The translations under genes and the position numbers were made by a program. 42,689 nt of DNA, from assembly GCA_046075565.1 (NCBI GenBank), contig JBJTQJ010000066.1, positions 1 to 42,689 of the forward strand, written 5' to 3'. Shown one piece after another: positions 28,881 through 37,495 of the stretch. Under the pieces are notes generated by a model, which ran no database searches, was not told the DNA's origin, and saw only the letters and a list, made by a program, of their open reading frames with translations. The stretch's first letter is position 1. Each line of letters opens with the position of its first letter. The DNA is from Verrucomicrobiales bacterium. GTDB taxonomy: Bacteria > Verrucomicrobiota > Verrucomicrobiia > Verrucomicrobiales > SLCJ01.

Positions 28881-29018
28881 GCCCGCATGTTTGGTCAAAA
28901 TCCATCGCCAACGCGCTCGGATTCCTCCGATTCTCGCGACAACCTCCACGCTACATCCTTTCTGCGAGCAGCCCCTCGTCTTCATTCACGCAGAATCGGC
29001 CCGACTCCCGCAAACTAT

Positions 29019-29032
29019 TTAACATATGTTAA
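29019..29032. promoter_or_regulatory. Perfect 14-bp AT-rich palindrome, candidate operator upstream of GH2
   Basis: TTAACATATGTTAA, ~110 nt before the GH2 start. Confidence 0.4.
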
Positions 29033-29144
29033 GCTCTTTTGCTAGGATCCTGCTTTTTTCCCCGCGATTTCTCGCTTCCCGGATGGCGCATCGGACGGAA
29101 TACCGATTGATTCCGGACGAATGAAGGCAGACTTTCCAGTAGCC

Positions 29145-31754
29145 ATGTTCCGCATCGCCCTTCTTTTCCTTGGTTTTGCCTTAACCCAACTTCAGGCCGC
29201 GCCCCGGACACGCGAGAGTTTCGATGCTAGCTGGCATTTCCTTCGCGGGGATGAACCCTCCGCCGCCCAGCCTGAATTTGACCATTCCTCCTGGCGATCG
29301 CTCGACCTTCCCCATGACTTCGCCGTGGAGGGTCCCTTTGACCCGAAGGCCACCAGCGGTGCTCCCGGCGGCTTCCTTCCCGGCGGCATTGCCTGGTATA
29401 GGAAAACGTTCCGTCTGCCAGAGGCCGCAGCCGGCCGGAGAGTTTTCATCGAATTCGACGGCGTTTACATGAATAGCGAGGTCTGGATCAACGGAAACCA
29501 CCTCGGCAAACGACCCTATGGTTTCATCGGCTTCGAATACGATCTCTCGCCCTACCTTGTCGCCAACGGGGACAACACCATCGCCGTGCGTGTGGACAAC
29601 TCCCAGCTCCCCTCCGCCCGTTGGTATACCGGCACCGGCATTTACCGCCATGTCTGGCTCAAAACCACCGACCCCCTTTACGTAAGCCATTGGGGAACCC
29701 AAGTCACCACTCCCGAAATCAAAGCGGAGTCCGCTACGGTCTCGGTCGTTACCACGGTTCGCAACAACCATCCGGCTCCGAAAAAGTTCACCCTCCGCCA
29801 GTCGGTCATCGATCCGTCCGAACCGTCCGGATTGGTCTTGGCCACATGCGCCGAGGAAATCGAACTCGCCAATGCCACTGCCTCGGTCATCCAGCAAAAG
29901 ATGTCGGTGCCCTCGCCCCGGCTCTGGTCGCCGGAATCGCCTGCGCTCTACGAAGTGCGCACGGAAATCCTCGATGGCGAAAATCTCGCCGATGTGTATT
30001 CCACTTCATTTGGCATACGCACCATCCGTTTCGATGCAAACGAAGGACTCAGCGTCAATGGCGTGCCAACCAAGATGAAAGGTGTCTGCAACCACCAGGA
30101 TCTCGGCCCCCTCGGCACCGCACTCTGGGACGAGGCTCTCGAGCGCCGCATGAAGATGCTCAAGGAAATGGGGTGTAATGCCATACGCACCTCCCACTAC
30201 CCGCACGCGCCGGAGCTCTTGGCCCTCTGCGACAAGCTGGGATTCCTTGTCATCAATGAAACCTTCGACGAATGGCGGCGTGGCTGGAACTTCGAAGGCC
30301 CCACCTTGGTCTCCAGCATAGAGAACAAAGGAAAAGCTCCTTTCGGCTACAATAAATACTTCGACGAGTGGCACGAACGCGACCTCAGCGATCACATCCG
30401 GCGCGACCGCAACCACGCTTGTGTCATCATGTGGAGCGTGGGCAACGAGGTTCCCGAATCGATGAAAAATGGGGAAAACGAAACCATTAGGATTCTTACG
30501 GAAATCTGCCGCCGTGTGGATCCTAGCCGCCCGGTAACCGTCGGTTGCAACCATATCAAGGCCGCCAACGAGACCGGTTTCACGAAACTGCTCGACATCG
30601 TCGGCTACAATGAAGGAGTGGATTCCGTTTTCGAAATCGAAGGAGACCGCGTCCGTTATCCGAACCGCCTCATGTATTTGTCGGAACTCCCCCACTCTCT
30701 CCAGACACGCGGCGAATACCGCACCCATCCGCGTTACTTCCGCCCCGGCTTCGAACATCCCAAACTCACCGAGAAGGAAGTCTTTCCAGAAACCGACGGC
30801 TACTACGAATCATCCTACGACAATTCCGGCGTGCAGACGGATGCACGCCGCAGTTGGAGGATGACCAGCACCAACCCGCACATCATGGGAGAATTCCGCT
30901 GGACCGGATTCGACTACATCGGCGAATCGGGCGGCTGGCCGCGGGTGCTCGGAAATTTCGGCATCATCGATCTGTGCAATTTCCCGAAGGATCACTACTA
31001 CTACTATCAGAGCCGCTGGACTGACAAGCCAATGGTCCATATCCTCCCTCACTGGACATGGCCGGGCAAAGAAGGCGTCAAGATTCCCGTTTGGTGTTAC
31101 ACGAACTGTGATGAGGCCGAACTTTTCCTCAACGGCAAGTCGCTCGGCAAACGCACCTTCGACGAGAAAAACGACCAGCATCTGGAATGGCTCGTGCCTT
31201 ACCAACCCGGCGAAATCAAAATTGTCGCGCGCAAGGACGGCAAGGAGGTGGCCACCTCCAGTCACAAGACCGCCGGGGCTCCGGTAAAAATTTCCCTCGC
31301 TGCCGATCAAACCAACCTCGATCCCGTTCAGCGCGATCTCGCTTACGTCACCATCCGCGTGGAAGATGAAAACGGAAACTTCGCCCCCAAAGCCGCCAAA
31401 TGGGTGAACATCCAAATCGAGGGGCCCGGCCGCCTCATCGGCTCGGGTGGTGGTGACCCGCTCAGTCACACCCCCTTCCAAGCCAACACCTTCAAGACCT
31501 TCAACGGACTCGGCCTCGCCATCATTGCCGCGACCACCGGACCCGAACCGGAAATCAAACCCGGCAGCACCCGCAAACCGGGCGAAATCATCGTCAAGGT
31601 GAACAGCAAAGGAATGGACTCGGTGGCAACCCGCCTCATCCGCACAAGCGATGGAATCATCAAGCCGGAACCGGAGGAAACTCCGGAGCCTGCCCCTGCG
31701 AATCCGCCCGCCAAAGAAGCCGAAGTCGATGGTCTGCCATCGGCGAAAGAGTGA
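29145..31754 (+). CDS. Secreted glycoside hydrolase family 2 (beta-galactosidase-like)
   Basis: Signal peptide, LPHDF, WYRKTF, GIYRHVWL, NAIRTSHYP, WSVGNE (acid/base) and WTGFDYIGE motifs. Confidence 0.93.
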   Translation: MFRIALLFLGFALTQLQAAPRTRESFDASWHFLRGDEPSAAQPEFDHSSWRSLDLPHDFAVEGPFDPKATSGAPGGFLPGGIAWYRKTFRLPEAAAGRRVFIEFDGVYMNSEVWINGNHLGKRPYGFIGFEYDLSPYLVANGDNTIAVRVDNSQLPSARWYTGTGIYRHVWLKTTDPLYVSHWGTQVTTPEIKAESATVSVVTTVRNNHPAPKKFTLRQSVIDPSEPSGLVLATCAEEIELANATASVIQQKMSVPSPRLWSPESPALYEVRTEILDGENLADVYSTSFGIRTIRFDANEGLSVNGVPTKMKGVCNHQDLGPLGTALWDEALERRMKMLKEMGCNAIRTSHYPHAPELLALCDKLGFLVINETFDEWRRGWNFEGPTLVSSIENKGKAPFGYNKYFDEWHERDLSDHIRRDRNHACVIMWSVGNEVPESMKNGENETIRILTEICRRVDPSRPVTVGCNHIKAANETGFTKLLDIVGYNEGVDSVFEIEGDRVRYPNRLMYLSELPHSLQTRGEYRTHPRYFRPGFEHPKLTEKEVFPETDGYYESSYDNSGVQTDARRSWRMTSTNPHIMGEFRWTGFDYIGESGGWPRVLGNFGIIDLCNFPKDHYYYYQSRWTDKPMVHILPHWTWPGKEGVKIPVWCYTNCDEAELFLNGKSLGKRTFDEKNDQHLEWLVPYQPGEIKIVARKDGKEVATSSHKTAGAPVKISLAADQTNLDPVQRDLAYVTIRVEDENGNFAPKAAKWVNIQIEGPGRLIGSGGGDPLSHTPFQANTFKTFNGLGLAIIAATTGPEPEIKPGSTRKPGEIIVKVNSKGMDSVATRLIRTSDGIIKPEPEETPEPAPANPPAKEAEVDGLPSAKE

Positions 31755-31794
31755 AAGCCGACATTGCCGACCGACTCAAACGTCCGCATGACCA

Positions 31795-31901
31795 AGGCAG
31801 GGACGTTTGTCCCCAAACGGCCGCGGGGGAAGAGCCACTACGCATTGTCACCATCGATGTCCCCGCATTCTCACGGACCGCTGGGACAGCGGTCCCTGCC
31901 T
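31795..31901. repeat. REPIN-like inverted doublet (AGGCAGGGAC-tagged palindromes)
   Basis: Left arm aggcagggacgtttgtccccaaacggccg (31795-31823). Right arm reverse complement aggcagggaccgctgtcccagcggtccg (31901-31874). Each arm is self-complementary. Confidence 0.65.
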
Positions 31902-32017
31902 GTCGAATGGACGCAGGCAATTCATAACCGCCGCCACAGCCATGCAATCCGATGGCACCAACAACCCTACATAAATTGCCCATGGAAAGACCACCGGCTT
32001 TCTCCCGTATCCGGGAT

Positions 32018-32758
32018 ATGCTCCCTCGATCCATTTTCTCTTCCCTCTTCGCCCTCGTTACGATTGTCTCCGCTCAAGCTGCCCCTGCTCCCAAAGACAT
32101 GAAACTTTTCCTCCTCGTCGGACAATCAAACATGGCCGGGCGCGGCAAGGTCGAGGCCCAAGACCAGGTGGAAAACCCGAGCATCTTCATGCTCACCAAA
32201 GATCTGAAGTGGGTGCCGGCCAAGGACCCGGTGCACTTCGACAAGCCGATCGCCGGAGTCGGGCTCTGCTCCGAGTTCGCCCGCGAGGTGCTCAAGGCGA
32301 AACCCGGAATCAAGATCGGCCTCATCCCCTGCGCGGTCGGCGGCACCAGCCTCGACCAATGGAAAGCGGGAGGGAATCTTTATAACACCGCGGTGACTCG
32401 CACCAAAGCGGCGATGGAAAATGGCAAACTCGCGGGCATCCTCTGGCATCAGGGGGAATCCGATAGCGGCAAACCCGAACTCATTGCCAGCTATCCGGAT
32501 CGGCTCGATGCGATGGTCGCTCAATTGCGCAAGGATCTTGGCGCGGAGAATGTCCCGTTTGTCATGGGTGAATTGATCCACGACCACGGCAATCACAACG
32601 CCGCCAATCTCGGCCTCGCCAAGGCCGCACAGAAGGTGCCGAACTGCACGCTCGTCAGCGCCAAGGACCTTGGCAAAGGACTCCACTTCGATTCCCCCGC
32701 CTTGCGCGCCTTCGGGAAACGTTATGCCGAAGCTTATCTGAAGATGGCAAAGCCGTGA
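32018..32758 (+). CDS. Secreted SGNH carbohydrate esterase (sialate O-acetylesterase/CE6-like)
   Basis: GQSNMAGRG, PCAVGGTSL, WHQGESD and LHF motifs; signal peptide. Confidence 0.9.
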   Translation: MLPRSIFSSLFALVTIVSAQAAPAPKDMKLFLLVGQSNMAGRGKVEAQDQVENPSIFMLTKDLKWVPAKDPVHFDKPIAGVGLCSEFAREVLKAKPGIKIGLIPCAVGGTSLDQWKAGGNLYNTAVTRTKAAMENGKLAGILWHQGESDSGKPELIASYPDRLDAMVAQLRKDLGAENVPFVMGELIHDHGNHNAANLGLAKAAQKVPNCTLVSAKDLGKGLHFDSPALRAFGKRYAEAYLKMAKP

Positions 32759-32793
32759 ATCAACGCGGCCGCCTTGGGCTCATGAAAACAACC

Positions 32794-33489
32794 TCACGTG
32801 GCAGTTGATTTCCGCGAGCCGAAAAGAGCGGAACCGACACGCACGATGGTCGCGCCCTCCTCGATGGCGATGGGAAAATCATCACTCATGCCCATGGAGA
32901 GTCCGTCGAGAGGAATCCCCGCGCGGATGGCGAGACGGTCGCGGAGTTCACGCAGGGCAGCGAAGTCGGCGCGGCTTTCTTCCGGATCTTCGCGGGCCGG
33001 TGGGATGGTCATGAGACCGAGGATCTCCAGATGATCGAGGCCGAGCAGATCCTCGATGTGCCGAGAGAGACTTTCTTCGGAGAATCCGTGTTTGCTTGCC
33101 TCGTCGGCGAGATTGGCCTGCAGGTAAACTTTCGGGAAGAGTCCGAGCTCGGTGGCGACGCGGTTCACCCCAATGGCAATATCCAGCGAATCGATGCTGT
33201 GGATGGCCTCGAAAAGCGGCAACGCTTTGCGGATCTTGTTGGACTGCAGATGGCCGATCAGATGCCAGCGCAACCGCGCCGGCAGGTCCGGGATTTTCGA
33301 TTCCGCTTCCTGGACCCGGTTTTCGCCAAAAAGCAGCTGACCACATTCCACGACCTCGCGAATGACCGGAGCGGGGAAATTTTTCGAAACGGCCATGAGT
33401 TCGATGGCCCCGGGTTCGCGCCCGGCCTTGCGGGCGGCGGATTCGAGGCGTTCGCGCAGGACGAGGAGGCGATCGGCGGGGGTTTCCAT
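32794..33489 (-). CDS. yggS: PLP-binding protein YggS/PLPBP
   Basis: AVSK, FGENRVQE, WHLIGHLQSNK, LSMGMSDD and VRVGSALFG motifs. Confidence 0.96.
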   Translation of the reverse strand: METPADRLLVLRERLESAARKAGREPGAIELMAVSKNFPAPVIREVVECGQLLFGENRVQEAESKIPDLPARLRWHLIGHLQSNKIRKALPLFEAIHSIDSLDIAIGVNRVATELGLFPKVYLQANLADEASKHGFSEESLSRHIEDLLGLDHLEILGLMTIPPAREDPEESRADFAALRELRDRLAIRAGIPLDGLSMGMSDDFPIAIEEGATIVRVGSALFGSRKSTAT

Positions 33490-33579
33490 GGAAAAGAAAG
33501 AAAAGAGGGTTGTCGATAAAGTCCGGAATTCGTATTAGCATACTTGCCGGGCGCTGCCAAGTGCTCCTCTCACCTTCCC

Positions 33580-34458
33580 ATGCTCATCGAAACGCTCAAG
33601 GTATTCTGCGATCTCGTCGAAACGGCGAGCTTTTCGGGCGCGGCCGAGCGGAACCGCCTCACCCAGAGCGCGGTCAGCCAGAAAATCCGAGCCCTCGAGT
33701 CGGGATATGGCGTGGTGATGGTCGAGCGCGGCGCCGGGCGACCGTTCCGGCTTACCCCCGAGGGGCAAATGTTTTACGAATCCTGCCGCGAACTGCTGGC
33801 CATCTACGATGCCATTCCCAGCCGGATGCTCAAGGTGGCGGGTGACCTGACCGGTGAAGTGCACGTGGCCACGGTGCCGGGGCTTGGCCTCTACGACCTC
33901 GCCGACGCCCGACGGCGCTTCCGGCGGCAATACCGTGGGGTGCGGGTTTCCGTGGACTACACCGGCTGGGAAGATGCCTACCAGCGTGTGCTGGACGAAA
34001 AATCCGACTTCGCCTTGCTCGCTTATCCGCAGGAACGAACCGGCTTCGAAGTCGAAGTCTGCTGGCAGGAAAAACTCGTGCTCGTTTGCCCGCTCAACCA
34101 CCGGCTCGCCCGTTACGGAACGGTCGGTGTCAAAGACCTGAAGGGTGAACGCCTGGTTGTCTGCGCGCCCGATGACCCCACCGCTGATGCCCTCGAGCGC
34201 GCCTTCTGCAAAGCCAAGGTCGAGGTCGTGCAGGTCTTCGAGGTGCGGAACTCGGAGACCGCCCTGCGCGCCGTCGAAGTCGAAAGCGCCCTCACCATCC
34301 TGCCCGCCCGCCAAGCCCCCGAGCAACCCGAGGTTTACCGCGTCGTCGAAATCAACTCCACCGACATGTGGCGCCCGGTCGGCATCATCCGCCGCGCCGG
34401 AGAAAGTATCTCGCCCGCCGTCGGGGAATTCATCCGGTCGTTGAAGGAATCACGGTGA
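33580..34458 (+). CDS. LysR-family transcriptional regulator
   Basis: N-terminal HTH SFSGAAERNRLTQSAVSQKIRALE and LTPEG, followed by a substrate-binding domain. Confidence 0.93.
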   Translation: MLIETLKVFCDLVETASFSGAAERNRLTQSAVSQKIRALESGYGVVMVERGAGRPFRLTPEGQMFYESCRELLAIYDAIPSRMLKVAGDLTGEVHVATVPGLGLYDLADARRRFRRQYRGVRVSVDYTGWEDAYQRVLDEKSDFALLAYPQERTGFEVEVCWQEKLVLVCPLNHRLARYGTVGVKDLKGERLVVCAPDDPTADALERAFCKAKVEVVQVFEVRNSETALRAVEVESALTILPARQAPEQPEVYRVVEINSTDMWRPVGIIRRAGESISPAVGEFIRSLKESR

Positions 34459-34460
34459 AC
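34422..34460 (+). repeat. Direct repeat copy 1 (3' end of the LysR gene including its stop)
   Basis: cggggaattcatccggtcgttgaaggaatcacggtgaac; 36/39 identical to 35429-35467. Confidence 0.85.
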
Positions 34461-34507
34461 TGCGTGGAGGATGCGTATTCTGGGAGCTTCGGAATTGGGT
34501 TTTGGCC

Positions 34508-34565
34508 TGCCCTTCGTAGCCTTCTTGCCCTTCGTAGCTTGGGGAAGCAGTGAGCGAAGTATGGG
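34508..34565. repeat. Nested GCCCTTCGTAGC-type palindromic repeats
   Basis: tgcccttcgtagc occurs at 34508 and 34526. The closing halves ggggaagcagtg and gcgaagtatggg follow in nested order. Confidence 0.55.
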
Positions 34566-34644
34566 TATTCACCTATTTCCCCGGGCCCCCGAAACCTGAG
34601 GCTGGCAGAATTACCGGATCGCGGAAAGGCACCGGAATCGCCCG

Positions 34645-34673
34645 TTGCGGGCGTGGGCGGGTGGTGGTAGGAT
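34645..34673 (+). promoter_or_regulatory. Putative leaderless sigma70 promoter of the TA operon
   Basis: TTGCGG-N17-TAGGAT with extended -10 TG, 6 nt before the ATG at 34680. Confidence 0.55.
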
Positions 34674-34679
34674 TGCCCA

Positions 34680-34916
34680 ATGCAAGTGACCTTGGAGCTT
34701 CCGGATGAAATGGCGCTGCTGCTGGGCGAGGCAGGAGGTCAAGCGGAGCGCGGGTTGCTGTTGGAAGCGGCGGCGTCGCTGGTGGCGCGCGGAAGAATCA
34801 GCAGCGGACGGGCAGCCCGTTTGCTCGGCATGGACCGGTTGGATTTTCTCGATGAAATGACGCGGCGGAAGTTGTCGATTGTGGATTCCGGCCACTGGGA
34901 GCAGGAGGATGGCTGA
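34680..34916 (+). CDS. UPF0175-family putative antitoxin
   Basis: MQVTLELPDE and GRISSGRAARLLGMDRLDFLDEM; directly upstream of a PIN-like gene. Confidence 0.85.
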   Translation: MQVTLELPDEMALLLGEAGGQAERGLLLEAAASLVARGRISSGRAARLLGMDRLDFLDEMTRRKLSIVDSGHWEQEDG

Positions 34917-35414
34917 ATGGCCAATCCGGTGGTGAGCAACACGACCCCGCTCTCGACACTGGCGAGAGTGGGTTGTCTGGAGTGGATTCCGCAACGATGG
35001 GGTCACGTGTGTATTCCCCGAGCGGTATGGAGGGAGTTGGAGTGCCTGCGGGACACGTCGGCGTTGGAGCGCCTGCGTAATGCAGTAACGGCCGGATGGA
35101 TCCGCATGGTGGGTGTTTCCAACCCCGCGAATGTCCGTGGTTTTCTGAATCGATTGGACGAAGGGGAAGCGGAGGCGCTCGTGCTTGCCAAGGAACTGAG
35201 GGTGCCGCTGGTGTGAATGGACGAGGCTGCGGGTCGCGCAATCGCCCTCGATGAGGGGCTACAGGTGACCGGAACGGCCGGTATGGTCAAGTGGGCGTGG
35301 CAGCAAGGCCTCATCGCCCGCGTGCGCCCGATGTTGGAGAGGCTTCGCACCGAGGGCGGATTGTATCTGAGCGACGCGTTCATCACTCAAGTGACAGAGA
35401 GTTGCGGGGAGTGA
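34917..35414 (+). pseudogene. DUF3368/PIN-domain toxin interrupted by an in-frame TGA at 35214-35216
   Basis: VVSNTTPL, IPRAVWREL, LDEGEAEALVLA, then stop, then MDEAAGR...VTGTAG...GLYLS, all in one frame. Confidence 0.8.
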
Positions 35415-35428
35415 TGGATCCGATGCGG

Positions 35429-35467
35429 CGGGGAATTGATCCGGTCGCTGAAGGAATCAAGGTGAAC
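35429..35467 (+). repeat. Direct repeat copy 2 (duplicate of the LysR 3' end)
   Basis: cggggaattgatccggtcgctgaaggaatcaaggtgaac; similarity continues to ggaggat about 12 nt further on. Confidence 0.85.
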
Positions 35468-35485
35468 GCCCCGGAGGATTCTCCC

Positions 35486-35579
35486 GGGAACGCCGAGCCC
35501 CAGCTCGGCAGCCGTTTTTCAAAAAGAGTCATTTCCACGCGCGGTGCATTCGCCGGCCGAGCTGGGGCTCGGCGTTCCC
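35486..35579. repeat. REPIN-like doublet: perfect 24-bp inverted repeat with a 46-nt spacer
   Basis: gggaacgccgagccccagctcggc (35486-35509) and its reverse complement (35556-35579). Each arm contains the hairpin GCCGAGC-ccca-GCTCGGC. Confidence 0.85.
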
Positions 35580-35594
35580 AGGCTTAGAAACGAA

Positions 35595-37046
35595 TCACGG
35601 CATCGCGCGGCGCTTGTGCCATTCGGTGGCCGACTCGTAGGCTTTGGCGGCCTTGAGTAAGGTGGCTTCACCGAAAGGACGGCCAATCATTTGCAGCCCG
35701 ACGGGCAGGGATTTGCCGTCTTCTTCCTTGAACCCACAGGGAACGCTCAACGCGGGAAGCCCGGCCAGATTGGCGGGGATGGTGAAGACATCGGCCAGGT
35801 AGTGGTGCACGGGATCAGCGCGATGCCAGCCAATGGGGAAAGCGGCCGTAGGCGCGGTCGGTCCGATGAGAAGATCAAATTTCCCGAAGGCGGTGGTAAA
35901 ATCCTGACGCACGTTGGCGCGCACGCGTTGGGCCGTGCGGTAGTAGGCATCGTAATAGCCGGAGCTCAGCACGAAGGTGCCGAGCAGGATGCGGCGTTTC
36001 ACCTCCGGTCCGAAGCCCTCTTCGCGGCTGCGCGTGTGGAGATCGAGGATGTCGGCCGGCTGGGGAGCGCGGTTGCCGTATCGCACGCCATCAAAACGCG
36101 AGAGATTCGACGACGCTTCGGCGGGCGCAATGATGTAGTAAGCGGCCACGGCATAGTCGGTGTGCGGAAGGGTTGTCTCCTCGACCACCGCACCCAAAGA
36201 CGACAATGTGTCTGCCGCCGCCATGATGCGGGCTTTAATGTCTACATCGAGTTGATTGGACAAATACTCTTTCGGCAGGCCGACCCGCAGGCCTTTCAGA
36301 TCGCCGACTTCACCGGGGGAGAAATCGGGCACCTCGGTCGAATCGCTGGTCGAATCTCGCGGATCCCGGCCCGCGATGGCGTTGAGAATGAGAGCGGCGT
36401 CATCCACATTTTTCGTGATGGGGCCGATTTGATCGAGCGAGGAAGCGAAGGCGACCAGCCCGTAGCGGGAGACACGTCCGTAGGTCGGCTTCAGGCCCAC
36501 GACCCCGCAGAAGCCGGCGGGCTGGCGGATGGAGCCTCCGGTATCGGATCCGAGGGCGGCGAGGGCGGTGTCGGCTGCGACAACGGCGGCAGAGCCCCCG
36601 CTCGAGCCTCCGGGCACCCGGCTGGTGTCCCACGGATTCCGCGTGACCTGGAGGGCGCTGTTCTCGGTGGTCGAGCCCATCGCGAATTCATCCTGATTGG
36701 CCCGGCCAAAGGGGATGGCTCCGGCCGCCCGCAGGCGGGCAGTGACGGTGGCATCGTAGGGCGAGCGGTAGGCCCCGGCGAGGAATTTCGACCCGCAGGT
36801 GCAGGACTGGCCGAGGGCATTGATGTTGTCCTTCAGCGCGATGGGCAAGCCGCCCAAGGGCGCGGAGAGATCGGCCTTGTCCGCGTCGGCGAGGGCGAGA
36901 TCGAGATCGTGGTCGAGGAATCCCCCGATGCCGGGATCCCTTTCGGCCATGGCGGTTGCCAGATCGCGGAGAATTTCGGCGGGAGAGATTTCCCGGGTGC
37001 GGAGACGCGGCAGGAGGGTGGTGAGGGATTCCTTGTGAAGAGACAT
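35595..37046 (-). CDS. gatA: Asp/Glu-tRNA amidotransferase subunit A
   Basis: IALKDNI, DEFAMGS, PGGSSGGS, GSDTGGSIRQPA, SSNLSRFDGVRYG and EVKRRILLGT motifs. Confidence 0.97.
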   Translation of the reverse strand: MSLHKESLTTLLPRLRTREISPAEILRDLATAMAERDPGIGGFLDHDLDLALADADKADLSAPLGGLPIALKDNINALGQSCTCGSKFLAGAYRSPYDATVTARLRAAGAIPFGRANQDEFAMGSTTENSALQVTRNPWDTSRVPGGSSGGSAAVVAADTALAALGSDTGGSIRQPAGFCGVVGLKPTYGRVSRYGLVAFASSLDQIGPITKNVDDAALILNAIAGRDPRDSTSDSTEVPDFSPGEVGDLKGLRVGLPKEYLSNQLDVDIKARIMAAADTLSSLGAVVEETTLPHTDYAVAAYYIIAPAEASSNLSRFDGVRYGNRAPQPADILDLHTRSREEGFGPEVKRRILLGTFVLSSGYYDAYYRTAQRVRANVRQDFTTAFGKFDLLIGPTAPTAAFPIGWHRADPVHHYLADVFTIPANLAGLPALSVPCGFKEEDGKSLPVGLQMIGRPFGEATLLKAAKAYESATEWHKRRAMP

Positions 37047-37055
37047 GGGAATGGA

Positions 37056-37349
37056 TTATTCGGCGTCGATGACCCTCGGGACTTGGAACTGACCGCGGGC
37101 TTGGGCCGGTGCATTCGAGAGGGCGGGGCTATTTTCCAGGCCGATCACGGGTTCGTCTTCGCGCACGGGCGGAAGGCCGGGGGGTGGTTCCGGCAATGGC
37201 TCATCCTCCGGTTTTCCGAGATCGCTGAGTTTGTCGATCAGCCCAAGGATCGGTTCGAGCTGCTTCTCAAAAAGGGCCGCCTCCTCGGCCGTGAGCTCGA
37301 GGCGGGCCAACCGGGCCACGTGGTGGATGGAAAGTTTGCCGCTGGACAT
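37056..37349 (-). CDS. gatC: Asp/Glu-tRNA amidotransferase subunit C
   Basis: HVARLARLEL, REDE and NAP...FQVPRVI motifs; upstream of gatA. Confidence 0.92.
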   Translation of the reverse strand: MSSGKLSIHHVARLARLELTAEEAALFEKQLEPILGLIDKLSDLGKPEDEPLPEPPPGLPPVREDEPVIGLENSPALSNAPAQARGQFQVPRVIDAE

Positions 37350-37495
37350 GAAGGGCAAACGTCGGATTTTCCCGGCCCGGAATCAACCCGGAATTCGCCT
37401 GCCGGCCTTCCCAAACCGGTGGATGGTGTCGGATTCGTCACATTCCCGATATCGCGGCGTGCGATTTGCGCTTTAAGTTGCTACCATCCACCACC

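Noticed and set aside
35214..35216. Selenocysteine recoding of the in-frame TGA
   Set aside because: The position corresponds to a hydrophobic, non-catalytic residue of a PIN fold, and no SECIS-like hairpin could be supported.
35486..35579. CRISPR array
   Set aside because: The units are inverted rather than direct, there are only two locally, and no cas genes are present.
37425..37455. Pho box upstream of the PhoB-like regulator
   Set aside because: Only one GTCAC half-site, with no convincing 11-bp-spaced repeat.
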